The notes under the pieces: generated by a model | What the model saw: the letters and a program-made list of their open reading frames with translations, nothing else | Told to the model about the DNA's origin: nothing | The model's database searches: none | Virus record (IMG/VR): IMGVR_UViG_3300011115_000844 | Span: 10,102 to 74,101 of that record | Source of the DNA: a virus | Length of the DNA: 64,000 nt | Reading direction: 5' to 3' (one strand) | Shown: positions 37,625 through 45,915 of the stretch, piece after piece | How the letters are laid out: each line of letters starts with the position of its first letter | Position numbering within the stretch: position 1 is the first letter of the stretch | Position numbers and translations under genes: made by a program

Positions 37625-38170
37625 TTAATTTTTATATTGAAACGTATGTTCTCTAACTGATTTTTGCCTTCCCATGATTGTATTGCGAATATCCGAAGAT
37701 GTGCAATTCAAATGTTTTGATGCTTTTGCTATTGATTTAAATTCATAAATAAAATTGCCATTTTTATCAAACATTAAAACAACTTTTTCATTATTAATAC
37801 TTGGCAATTTTAAACCAATTTTAAAAGCGTGTTTTTGATTTTCTGAATTAGTTGACCATTCTAAATTTATTTCAGAATTATCATTTTTAACTCCGTTAAT
37901 ATGATTTACTTGTGGTTTATTTTCTTCATTATTAATAAAAGAAGACGCAACTAATCTATGCACTTTATATATTTTACCTTTACCATTTTTATACAAATCA
38001 ACAACAACATATCCGTTTTTGTCCGAAGCCAAAGACCTAATTTTTTCTTTTAGTAATCTTTCCCCACCTTTTGAGTGCTTGACATATTTACCACAACTCT
38101 TTACCCTGCCTAAATTACTTACTTGGTAAAGTCCTTCATAGTTAACTACATCTTTCCAAACTTCGAGCAT
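37625..38170 (-). CDS. NUMOD4-HNH homing endonuclease
   Basis: EVWKDV..YEGLYQVSNLGRVKS; VHRLVA...VNHINGVKNDN...NLEW. Confidence 0.92.
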   Translation of the reverse strand: MLEVWKDVVNYEGLYQVSNLGRVKSCGKYVKHSKGGERLLKEKIRSLASDKNGYVVVDLYKNGKGKIYKVHRLVASSFINNEENKPQVNHINGVKNDNSEINLEWSTNSENQKHAFKIGLKLPSINNEKVVLMFDKNGNFIYEFKSIAKASKHLNCTSSDIRNTIMGRQKSVREHTFQYKN

Positions 38171-38197
38171 ATTTTAATTTTTATTTTTTATTACATT

Positions 38198-39163
38198 TTA
38201 GATTGCTTCTTTTCTTGTACCTTTTGAAAGGTTTACATAAGCGTATTTGCCATCGTTCATTACTCTAATAGAACTTGAATCTATATCTGAAACATCAATT
38301 ATCTTATCCCCTACTTTCAATCCATGTTCAGTCATACCACCTTTAGCATACATACCACCTTCGCTTCTATGCGTTTCTCCACCATTGGCAAACATTGGGT
38401 TTGTAATATCCATTTGTGGTGTTAAATCAACATTTGAAAATGCAGTACCACCTACGTTTTGTAAACCTGCACCACTTGTATCAGAAAGTAAATCTATTGC
38501 ACCACCATCAGCAAATTTTATACCTTCTTTGCTCATTTCTTTTCTTGCTTTAGCAATTAGTTTCAAATGCAATTCTTGTCTTTTTTTACCGTTTTCAGTT
38601 GATAAAAAACCTTCTTTGTCATGTAATTGCAATATTCTTTTTGCTTCTTTTAACTCACTTTCAGTTCCAAAATGCTTAGCCAACAAAACTACATTTTCGC
38701 TATGTGCATTTTCATCTTCATTTTCTAAATATTGGCTTTTTATTTTAGAATATGTCATGCCACCCTTTGCCATCATACCACCATCTTCTAATCTTGGGTA
38801 TTTTCTTGGAGGTTGTTTTCTATCGGTACGGTTTTCACGATATTCGTAGTAAGTGTTACCTTCTGCCGAAGTACGTCTGCCAATAGGTTTTGCAGGTCTT
38901 TGTGCATCTTGATAAATGTCTGATTTACCAAACGGTCTTGACTTGCTATATTTTCTTTTTATTTCTTTTGAAATTTCTTTAGCTTTTGAAACCTTTGATG
39001 TAGTTGCTTTTGGTTTTTCTTTTGCTTTTATATCAGCAATATCTTTTTTGAATTTATTTACCAATAAACGTGCTTTTGCCTTTGCAGGTGGTTTAGTAGC
39101 TTTACTGTTAATACCTTTTTCTAATTTAGCAATTTTTTCTTGTAATTCTTTTATTGTTGCCAT
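38198..39163 (-). CDS. basic multi-module protein with A-x-GG linkers
   Basis: LEDGG, MAKGG, FADGG, FANGG, YAKGG. Confidence 0.75.
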   Translation of the reverse strand: MATIKELQEKIAKLEKGINSKATKPPAKAKARLLVNKFKKDIADIKAKEKPKATTSKVSKAKEISKEIKRKYSKSRPFGKSDIYQDAQRPAKPIGRRTSAEGNTYYEYRENRTDRKQPPRKYPRLEDGGMMAKGGMTYSKIKSQYLENEDENAHSENVVLLAKHFGTESELKEAKRILQLHDKEGFLSTENGKKRQELHLKLIAKARKEMSKEGIKFADGGAIDLLSDTSGAGLQNVGGTAFSNVDLTPQMDITNPMFANGGETHRSEGGMYAKGGMTEHGLKVGDKIIDVSDIDSSSIRVMNDGKYAYVNLSKGTRKEAI

Positions 39164-39181
39164 TGTGTTTTTTTTATAAAA

Positions 39182-40273
39182 TTATGAATAATATCTGTTA
39201 TATAGTGAACGTAAATCTTGTAAATCTTTAATACCATCTTCATCACCTATTTCTGCCATAATCTCTGCCGAAGCAATCGCATCTTCTAATTCCTCTTTTG
39301 TAAATGGAGGTTTGTGTTCATGTTGTGAAGGCGTTGGTGGTTCGGGTGGTGTTGGAGGTGTTGGAGGTTCGGGAGGTGTTGGAGGTTCGGGTTTTGGTGT
39401 ACGAGGTTTGCGTTGTGGTGGTTGTGGTGTTGGTGGTTGTGGCGTTTGAGGTTGTGGTGTTGGTGGTAATGCGTGAACATCATTTTGTGGCAATGTTTGT
39501 TGCTCCAATTTAACATTCATGTTACCATAAAGACCTAAATTTTGTGTCCTCAAAAAATCCATCAATTGTCGCATCCACGTTACAATTAATTCAGCCAATT
39601 GTTCTTTTTGGTTTGAATCAACACTTTCACTATAAATTTCTTGCGAACCTTCAATTATCGCAACAAATTCCTTTATGTCTTCGGGAAAATTATCTGATAC
39701 TTGTTGTGGTACTTGCAAGTAATTTAAAACCTTACTACTGTTACCCGTAAATGTTGGTGCAGGTACTTGTTGTGTGGGCATTTGTGGTAACGCTTTATTT
39801 TCCAACCAACCTATATCCATGAGCATTGGTACTATGTTTTCCTTTCTTGTTTTATTTAAGAAAAACTTTGTGCCATCTGAAAACCCTATCATTGTATCAG
39901 TCAATTCGGTTATTTCTAAATTTGAATAACCACCCCCACTTGCATCTTTTACATTTAACGTATCACCAATAACTGCAAAATCAACTAACTCCCAACTTTG
40001 CCCATTTTCTAATTGAAATAATATTGTTTTATCGCCTTTTTTCCTATCTCTATCTTTATCGTCTTGTTCAAGTCCATTTGGAAACCAAAGATTCAAACTA
40101 TCATAACCAACAATTTTTGAAACAGTAAATAAAGTGCTTGACCCATCGTTTAATTTAGTATCAAAAAGTATGAAAGCGTATTTACCAAGATACGATTCAG
40201 CCAAATCCTCTAAATCTTGTTTAGAAAGCGAATTTATTTTGTCTTGTAATATCCTATTTACTTTATTTTCCAT
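39182..40273 (-). CDS. hypothetical protein with long Pro-rich linker
   Basis: 363-aa ORF with PPTPPEPP repeats. Confidence 0.7.
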   Translation of the reverse strand: MENKVNRILQDKINSLSKQDLEDLAESYLGKYAFILFDTKLNDGSSTLFTVSKIVGYDSLNLWFPNGLEQDDKDRDRKKGDKTILFQLENGQSWELVDFAVIGDTLNVKDASGGGYSNLEITELTDTMIGFSDGTKFFLNKTRKENIVPMLMDIGWLENKALPQMPTQQVPAPTFTGNSSKVLNYLQVPQQVSDNFPEDIKEFVAIIEGSQEIYSESVDSNQKEQLAELIVTWMRQLMDFLRTQNLGLYGNMNVKLEQQTLPQNDVHALPPTPQPQTPQPPTPQPPQRKPRTPKPEPPTPPEPPTPPTPPEPPTPSQHEHKPPFTKEELEDAIASAEIMAEIGDEDGIKDLQDLRSLYNRYYS

Positions 40274-40586
40274 TCCAATTAAATTTAGTTAGTCCTTGTA
40301 TGTACGTTAATATTTCATTACTGTTTCTAAACACTTCTGTCATCATGTCCATTTCGTAAAAGTTTCCATTAGGTTCAACAAAAAAGTTTTTTGTTTCAGT
40401 AACGGGAACGAAATTATCATTATAACCTTCAATAATTGTAGATACAATAACTATGTTTTTATCTTCGATATTATTCTCATTTCTAAGCACAATAAATTCG
40501 CAATAATCATCAGTTGCAAATTGGTCGCAATTCTTTTTATTTTGCTCAAAAAATGATTTAATAATTTGTAATTGTTCTTTTGTCAT
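40263..40586 (-). CDS. hypothetical protein
   Basis: Translationally coupled ORF. Confidence 0.6.
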   Translation of the reverse strand: MTKEQLQIIKSFFEQNKKNCDQFATDDYCEFIVLRNENNIEDKNIVIVSTIIEGYNDNFVPVTETKNFFVEPNGNFYEMDMMTEVFRNSNEILTYIQGLTKFNWNGK

Positions 40587-41881
40587 AAAGTAGATATTTG
40601 ATTGATAACTGTATTATAACTATCTAATGCTTCATTTTCAGTCATTGCAGGTGGCAAAACTATTTTACTATTTGATATTTGCGAAGCCAACCTATCGCTT
40701 TCACTACTTTGTTTAGAAAGATACTCTATGTAAGTGCTTTTAATATCGGAAATATTAGTATTAACACTACCTATACTACTTGTAAAATCACTTTGACTTG
40801 TATAACCTGCATCATACAAACTTGCATAAAATGTTCTAAACATTTGTACTCTAAAAAATCGCATATCACTTACCAATAAAGAAAGTTGGTTTTTGTCCAA
40901 TGGTTGATTTTCATTTTTTATGTTTACAAAATCATAAATAAATTTTCCATTAACCTTTAAACCGTAACAAGCAATTACTCTATAATCTACATTCGCTTGT
41001 GTTAATCTTTCACAAATTGAAGCCATTGCAATACTATTCCAAAAAGATTCATTACTTGTTTCGCCCCATGAATAAGAAACGGGTATAATAATATCAACTC
41101 TTGGTAGAGAACTTTCTATTTTTGGAATATTGATAAAACACTTTTTAAAAGTAGTTGCAAACTTATCTTTTCCATTTTTATCTTTTGCTTGTTTTCTTTC
41201 TACTTCGTGTCTTTTAATTTCCAATTTTTCGGGGTAATACAAAATAATTATTTTGTCTTCTCCTTCCTCTTGTAATAATTCGTTCTTATCAACATTTCTT
41301 TTTAAAACATCGCTATAATAACCACCCTTACTGCCAACATATTCTATTTCATGTTTTGGAATATAAGGATTGCCAACATAGTAATAAATCTTTTTACCAT
41401 CAGATACAGTTTCGCTTTTTACAAGATTAGGAGAAACCAATTCATTTAATAAAGGCGAATAATATTCATATACACGAATTAAACCTAACGAAGCCAAATC
41501 AAAAGAAAAAATACCAATTTCCTTTTCAGTAAATTCAATTTTCTTTACTTGGTCTATATCATTAAAATCGTATTTACTTGCTCTTGTTGTTAGTTTTGTT
41601 GATTCCGATTCAACATCGTTTATTTTGGTATATCTATCTAAATTTTGATTTACAAAATCAGAAGACAATGTTCCATATTTTTCTTCACCATCACTATCAA
41701 TTGACCTTTGTACTGTTTGTTGTAAACGTGATTTATCCCAATACCCTCTTGCAGTATTATATTGCGTTGAAGTAGTTGGCACTTTGCTAACTACTTCATC
41801 GGTAAAATCCTCTACATCTTTTATTGAATCAAAATAAAAGACAGTTTTATTGGGTGATAATTTTAGTTTTTTATACGCCAT
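40583..41881 (-). CDS. probable vWA-like partner of the MoxR-type ATPase
   Basis: Directly downstream of the AAA+ gene; degenerate vWA-like C-terminal half (DIIIPVSYS...ICERL...YRVIA). Confidence 0.5.
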   Translation of the reverse strand: MAYKKLKLSPNKTVFYFDSIKDVEDFTDEVVSKVPTTSTQYNTARGYWDKSRLQQTVQRSIDSDGEEKYGTLSSDFVNQNLDRYTKINDVESESTKLTTRASKYDFNDIDQVKKIEFTEKEIGIFSFDLASLGLIRVYEYYSPLLNELVSPNLVKSETVSDGKKIYYYVGNPYIPKHEIEYVGSKGGYYSDVLKRNVDKNELLQEEGEDKIIILYYPEKLEIKRHEVERKQAKDKNGKDKFATTFKKCFINIPKIESSLPRVDIIIPVSYSWGETSNESFWNSIAMASICERLTQANVDYRVIACYGLKVNGKFIYDFVNIKNENQPLDKNQLSLLVSDMRFFRVQMFRTFYASLYDAGYTSQSDFTSSIGSVNTNISDIKSTYIEYLSKQSSESDRLASQISNSKIVLPPAMTENEALDSYNTVINQISTL

Positions 41882-41884
41882 TTA

Positions 41885-44356
41885 TTATGGTTCTATTTTT
41901 TCAGCAACAAAGAAATCTGAATATTTTTTAAATATTGAAGAAACACTATTGGCAACACTATCATTCAAGGTTGATACCATATTGCCGTTTATAATTTCTT
42001 TAATTGTTTCATCAACCTTTGATTTTATAAACGCAGGTGTAAATTTACTTTTGGTAATAATTATATCAACCGTTGTTTTATCAAATGCTACTAAAAAGCT
42101 ATCAAACGCTTTTTGTAAAGTTTTACCTTTATTTATTCCAACATCTTTACCTTCACTTTTAGCTATTGCTCTTACTAATTCAATTTCAAATGCAACTCTA
42201 AAAGAAACCAATGTACGATAAGACACTACTGCAAGGTCATCAAGTGACAAATCTTTCAAAATTGTTCTAAGTCCTTTTGCTTCGGGTGGTGTTTGATTAT
42301 TTTTTATTGCTTCGGTATATTCATAATAGTTACCTACCAACATTTCGTAAAGAAATTTAAACCTTGAAGTCAATTCATCAATTGGTTTGCTATACTCTAC
42401 TTTATAAACGCTACCCGAAAATCTATCTAATAAAGATAAATCTTGCTGATTATTTGCCTTATATTTTTTTGGTGGTGCAGTATTTGGATAAATGTTACCC
42501 GTACCAATCAAAGCAAAATTTTCATTTCTTGGTATTGGTGCTTCTTCGGGATTTGTGCTACTAATCATAGCATTCTTTGATTCCCTTGTTTTAGAAGATT
42601 TAGCAAGTGCATCATTAAATAAACCTGCCGTATTAGGGTCAAGACGAGGCATTTCATCAAGAATTAAAATTTTACCATCCCTCCACGCATTGATTAATTT
42701 ACCTTCTTTATAACCTTCAATCGTTTGCCCACCTAAAATTTCAGTTGGCGAAGTATATTGTGAACAGTTAATAATTAAATATTCTCTTTTTAATTTTTTT
42801 GCAACTTCTTCTGCCGTATATGTATTGTGTGTTACAATATAATCATCTGTAATGTAAAGATGTGTTGGGTTAGTTACCGATATACATCTTGTTTCTAATT
42901 CTCCAACATATTCAACCTTGTCAATAAATCTTTTAATACCGTATTTTGTTGGTTTTTTATATCTATCCTTTTTATAAGTAAGTTTAAATGGTTGTATTTC
43001 ATCAGGGAAAACACAAAAAATTCTATATGCAGTATGTCCTTCTTTTTTTACTCCATTATAGTTATAGTATGGTGTTTTTTCTGTTTTTTTAGCCGTTCCA
43101 CCTAAACTTCTAACTAATTCACAATAATCATTTGCTAAACATTCGCTTGAAGTACAAAATTCAAAATGAGTATTATCGCTATAAGCATCTGTATCATTTA
43201 AACCTTGTAATAAAGCAATTCTATTTTCAATGCTATCGTATAAATACTCTTCGGGAATAAATTTATGAATAGATTTTTTGCCATGCAATTTAAGTCGAAT
43301 CAATTCCTCTTTTAATGGATTTGGTAAAGACATATTCGTTCTTACTAAGCCATAAGTTAAGCATCTATTTTCGCTTTCTCTTTCAACTAACTCAATACCT
43401 TCGGGTAATACAAGCGAATCAAATAATTCTTTACTTGGATTGCAAATTGATAATGATGTTTGACTTATACTTCCATCTCCTAAAATAACACCCAAAGTGT
43501 ATGGATTTATTTTATGTGAAATGCTATCAAATTCAATTGCTTTGTTTATATCAATATAAGCATTTGCATTATTATCGCCTATTTTGATTTTATTCATAAA
43601 TTCTTTTAATGGTAACACTCTACCATCATTACCTTTACCTCTGTCGTTCCTTGTATAAATTTTCCATAAATGTTCATCACAAGTATCAACAAAGCCACCA
43701 TCGTTCATAAAAACTCTATAAACAGATTTTTCGCCTCTATCAAAAACTCCATTTATTTCGTAAAGTTTACCATCTTCACCAAAAACTTTATCGCCTTCTT
43801 TTACATCGGCAAATGTAATCCAACCTTTATCAGATAAAACTTTTGTGTATAATGGACTTGCTTTACCACCACCTGCTTCTCCAATTAAATAAACATTATT
43901 ACCTGCCAATACATCGTCAATAACTTCAAAGAAATATGGAATTTCCGAATCTCTTTTACTTACTTCTATTTTAAACCCACCAAAATTAGGAAGTTCAAGA
44001 ATAACCTTTTGGTTTGCTTTAATAAACTCCATTACATCATTATCTAATTCCGTAAGGTTAACCTTATCAGTAACTAAGTAATCTTCAATAATTTTTCTAA
44101 CTTGAACGCTATCTACACCACTACCTTGCCCACCCATCATTGTTGCTCTTAAAGTTGCTAATGCAGTTTGAGAATAACTTGTAGGTGTTGCAGGTTGATT
44201 AGGTGTAGGCATTGGTGTTGGGTCAACTTGTGCTAATTCTATTTCTAACTTATCAATAGTTTCTTGGACTAATTTTTTTGCATTGACATCTGTAATGGTG
44301 TTCAATGCTTCCCTTAGTGTTACCAATTCATCTAATATTTCTTCTTTTCTTGTCAT
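41885..44356 (-). CDS. MoxR/CobS-like AAA+ ATPase interrupted by an intein
   Basis: GEAGGGK|T Walker A, LILDEMPR Walker B, IGTGN, DLSLLDRF. Confidence 0.85.
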   Translation of the reverse strand: MTRKEEILDELVTLREALNTITDVNAKKLVQETIDKLEIELAQVDPTPMPTPNQPATPTSYSQTALATLRATMMGGQGSGVDSVQVRKIIEDYLVTDKVNLTELDNDVMEFIKANQKVILELPNFGGFKIEVSKRDSEIPYFFEVIDDVLAGNNVYLIGEAGGGKASPLYTKVLSDKGWITFADVKEGDKVFGEDGKLYEINGVFDRGEKSVYRVFMNDGGFVDTCDEHLWKIYTRNDRGKGNDGRVLPLKEFMNKIKIGDNNANAYIDINKAIEFDSISHKINPYTLGVILGDGSISQTSLSICNPSKELFDSLVLPEGIELVERESENRCLTYGLVRTNMSLPNPLKEELIRLKLHGKKSIHKFIPEEYLYDSIENRIALLQGLNDTDAYSDNTHFEFCTSSECLANDYCELVRSLGGTAKKTEKTPYYNYNGVKKEGHTAYRIFCVFPDEIQPFKLTYKKDRYKKPTKYGIKRFIDKVEYVGELETRCISVTNPTHLYITDDYIVTHNTYTAEEVAKKLKREYLIINCSQYTSPTEILGGQTIEGYKEGKLINAWRDGKILILDEMPRLDPNTAGLFNDALAKSSKTRESKNAMISSTNPEEAPIPRNENFALIGTGNIYPNTAPPKKYKANNQQDLSLLDRFSGSVYKVEYSKPIDELTSRFKFLYEMLVGNYYEYTEAIKNNQTPPEAKGLRTILKDLSLDDLAVVSYRTLVSFRVAFEIELVRAIAKSEGKDVGINKGKTLQKAFDSFLVAFDKTTVDIIITKSKFTPAFIKSKVDETIKEIINGNMVSTLNDSVANSVSSIFKKYSDFFVAEKIEP
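42824..43861 (-). mobile_element. class 3 intein (346 aa) with LAGLIDADG endonuclease
   Basis: Starts with Ala (ASPLYTKV), block B DEHLW, block F TRCISV, block G VTHN|T; LGVILGDG and LLQGLNDTD motifs. Confidence 0.9.
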
Positions 44357-45915
44357 TTTGTGTATTTTAATGTAATGTTTAATGCTTTAATTTGATTTTC
44401 TATAATTCTTGTATTTTCATCAGTTGTAGGGTACTTTAAAACTAAATTGAGTGCTTTTATTTGATTTTCTATTGTTGCCCTATCTGATGTTGGTGTTGTT
44501 TGTGTAGGTTCATCAATAAATTTTATTCTGCCCTTATCTATCCATTCATTTTTTGCACTTACTTCACTAATCCATAAAAAATCATTAATTATATCTCCAC
44601 CCTTGTTTGTCCAATTCAAATAAATGTTATTGTTTTTAATACTGTTAACTTCATAAACAATATCTATATCATCATCTACAATTACAAATTTATCTCCAAC
44701 TTCAAATTTTCTATTTGATGTAGGAGTAGAATCGGGTTTAGGGAAAAATGCAGGGTTTAAATATGTTTTGAATTTTAAATCTTTTTGACTTTCAAAATAA
44801 TCTTGATATTCTTTGCGTTTTGTTTCTCCAAAATAACCCATTAAACCTAAAAAATTATTTAATGAATGGTAATTTTCATTTTCTAAAACATTATAAACTC
44901 TTCTTTTTTGACTTTCTTCGGCATTTATGAATAAATTAAATAAATCCTTTTTCATGTAATTTATTATTCTTGCCTCTAATCTTATTACATAATTTTCTTG
45001 CAAAGAAATATCGTTGTATAATTGACCTCCCGATTTTATTTTTAATTCATCCCATATATATTCATCGTAATCTGCAAAAGATTTTGCAATTTCACCTACT
45101 TCATCATTTGTTAAAAGAGGTTTTGATTTTGGTTCGGGTTGTGGTGTTGGCGTTGGTTCATTTTTAGGTGTGTAATATTTTAAAAGTATTTCACACAATT
45201 TTTTAGATACTTCATTTACATCAGTAATAAGACCCCACTTGCTAAATGTTTGTGTTTTCTTAGTCCACTTAAAACCCGTTTGCATATAAATATCGCCTTG
45301 AATCTCACCCCAACTTTCTCTGTTTTGAGGTGTTTCCTTGTCTTTAACTAAATTGTAAACGAAAGTATCTTGATATGCCTTTACATACAATTTCCAACCT
45401 GCACATTCTGTAACTAAATCACCCCATTCAAAATTACTTCTACCACTACTTCTGCCACCACTTGTTGTAGGACTTGCATTTTTAAGTATTTTTTCCCAAT
45501 CGGGAGCAGGTTGGTCTTTTTCTTTGCTATCGTAAGGAGGATAATTATTTACGTGCAAATATTTAGTGCCAACTGATATAGTACCTAATGATGTATCTAT
45601 TGAACCACGTTTATAATTATGCCCATCGTAATATTCAAAAATATCTAACTCTTTGATAATTTTTATTATGTACTCTTCGGGTATTCTATTAAAATAAACA
45701 TCAATAGCATCACCACCTGCAAATTTTCTACTTTTAACCCACGAAATACCTCTACCCGAAAATTTAGGATATTTGCTATCTACCCATTGCCTAATCATTT
45801 TTGAAGTACCCGTTACCGTAACTGAAATATTCGTATCGCTATAAAAGTATGCTTCGATACCTTTATACTTTACACCATCGTATGTAAAATCAATATTTTT
45901 TTTAGAATTTGCCAT
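44353..45915 (-). CDS. polyvalent-type protein with N-terminal LPD29-like domain and duplicated C-terminal IENQIKALNxxLKY
   Basis: SKMIRQWV...YPKF...VKSRKFAGGDAIDVYF. Confidence 0.65.
   Translation of the reverse strand: MANSKKNIDFTYDGVKYKGIEAYFYSDTNISVTVTGTSKMIRQWVDSKYPKFSGRGISWVKSRKFAGGDAIDVYFNRIPEEYIIKIIKELDIFEYYDGHNYKRGSIDTSLGTISVGTKYLHVNNYPPYDSKEKDQPAPDWEKILKNASPTTSGGRSSGRSNFEWGDLVTECAGWKLYVKAYQDTFVYNLVKDKETPQNRESWGEIQGDIYMQTGFKWTKKTQTFSKWGLITDVNEVSKKLCEILLKYYTPKNEPTPTPQPEPKSKPLLTNDEVGEIAKSFADYDEYIWDELKIKSGGQLYNDISLQENYVIRLEARIINYMKKDLFNLFINAEESQKRRVYNVLENENYHSLNNFLGLMGYFGETKRKEYQDYFESQKDLKFKTYLNPAFFPKPDSTPTSNRKFEVGDKFVIVDDDIDIVYEVNSIKNNNIYLNWTNKGGDIINDFLWISEVSAKNEWIDKGRIKFIDEPTQTTPTSDRATIENQIKALNLVLKYPTTDENTRIIENQIKALNITLKYTK

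Noticed and set aside
39330-39470. GGT/GGA-rich tandem repeats
   Set aside because: Encode a Pro-rich linker in the 363-aa ORF; no sign of a separate DNA-level function.
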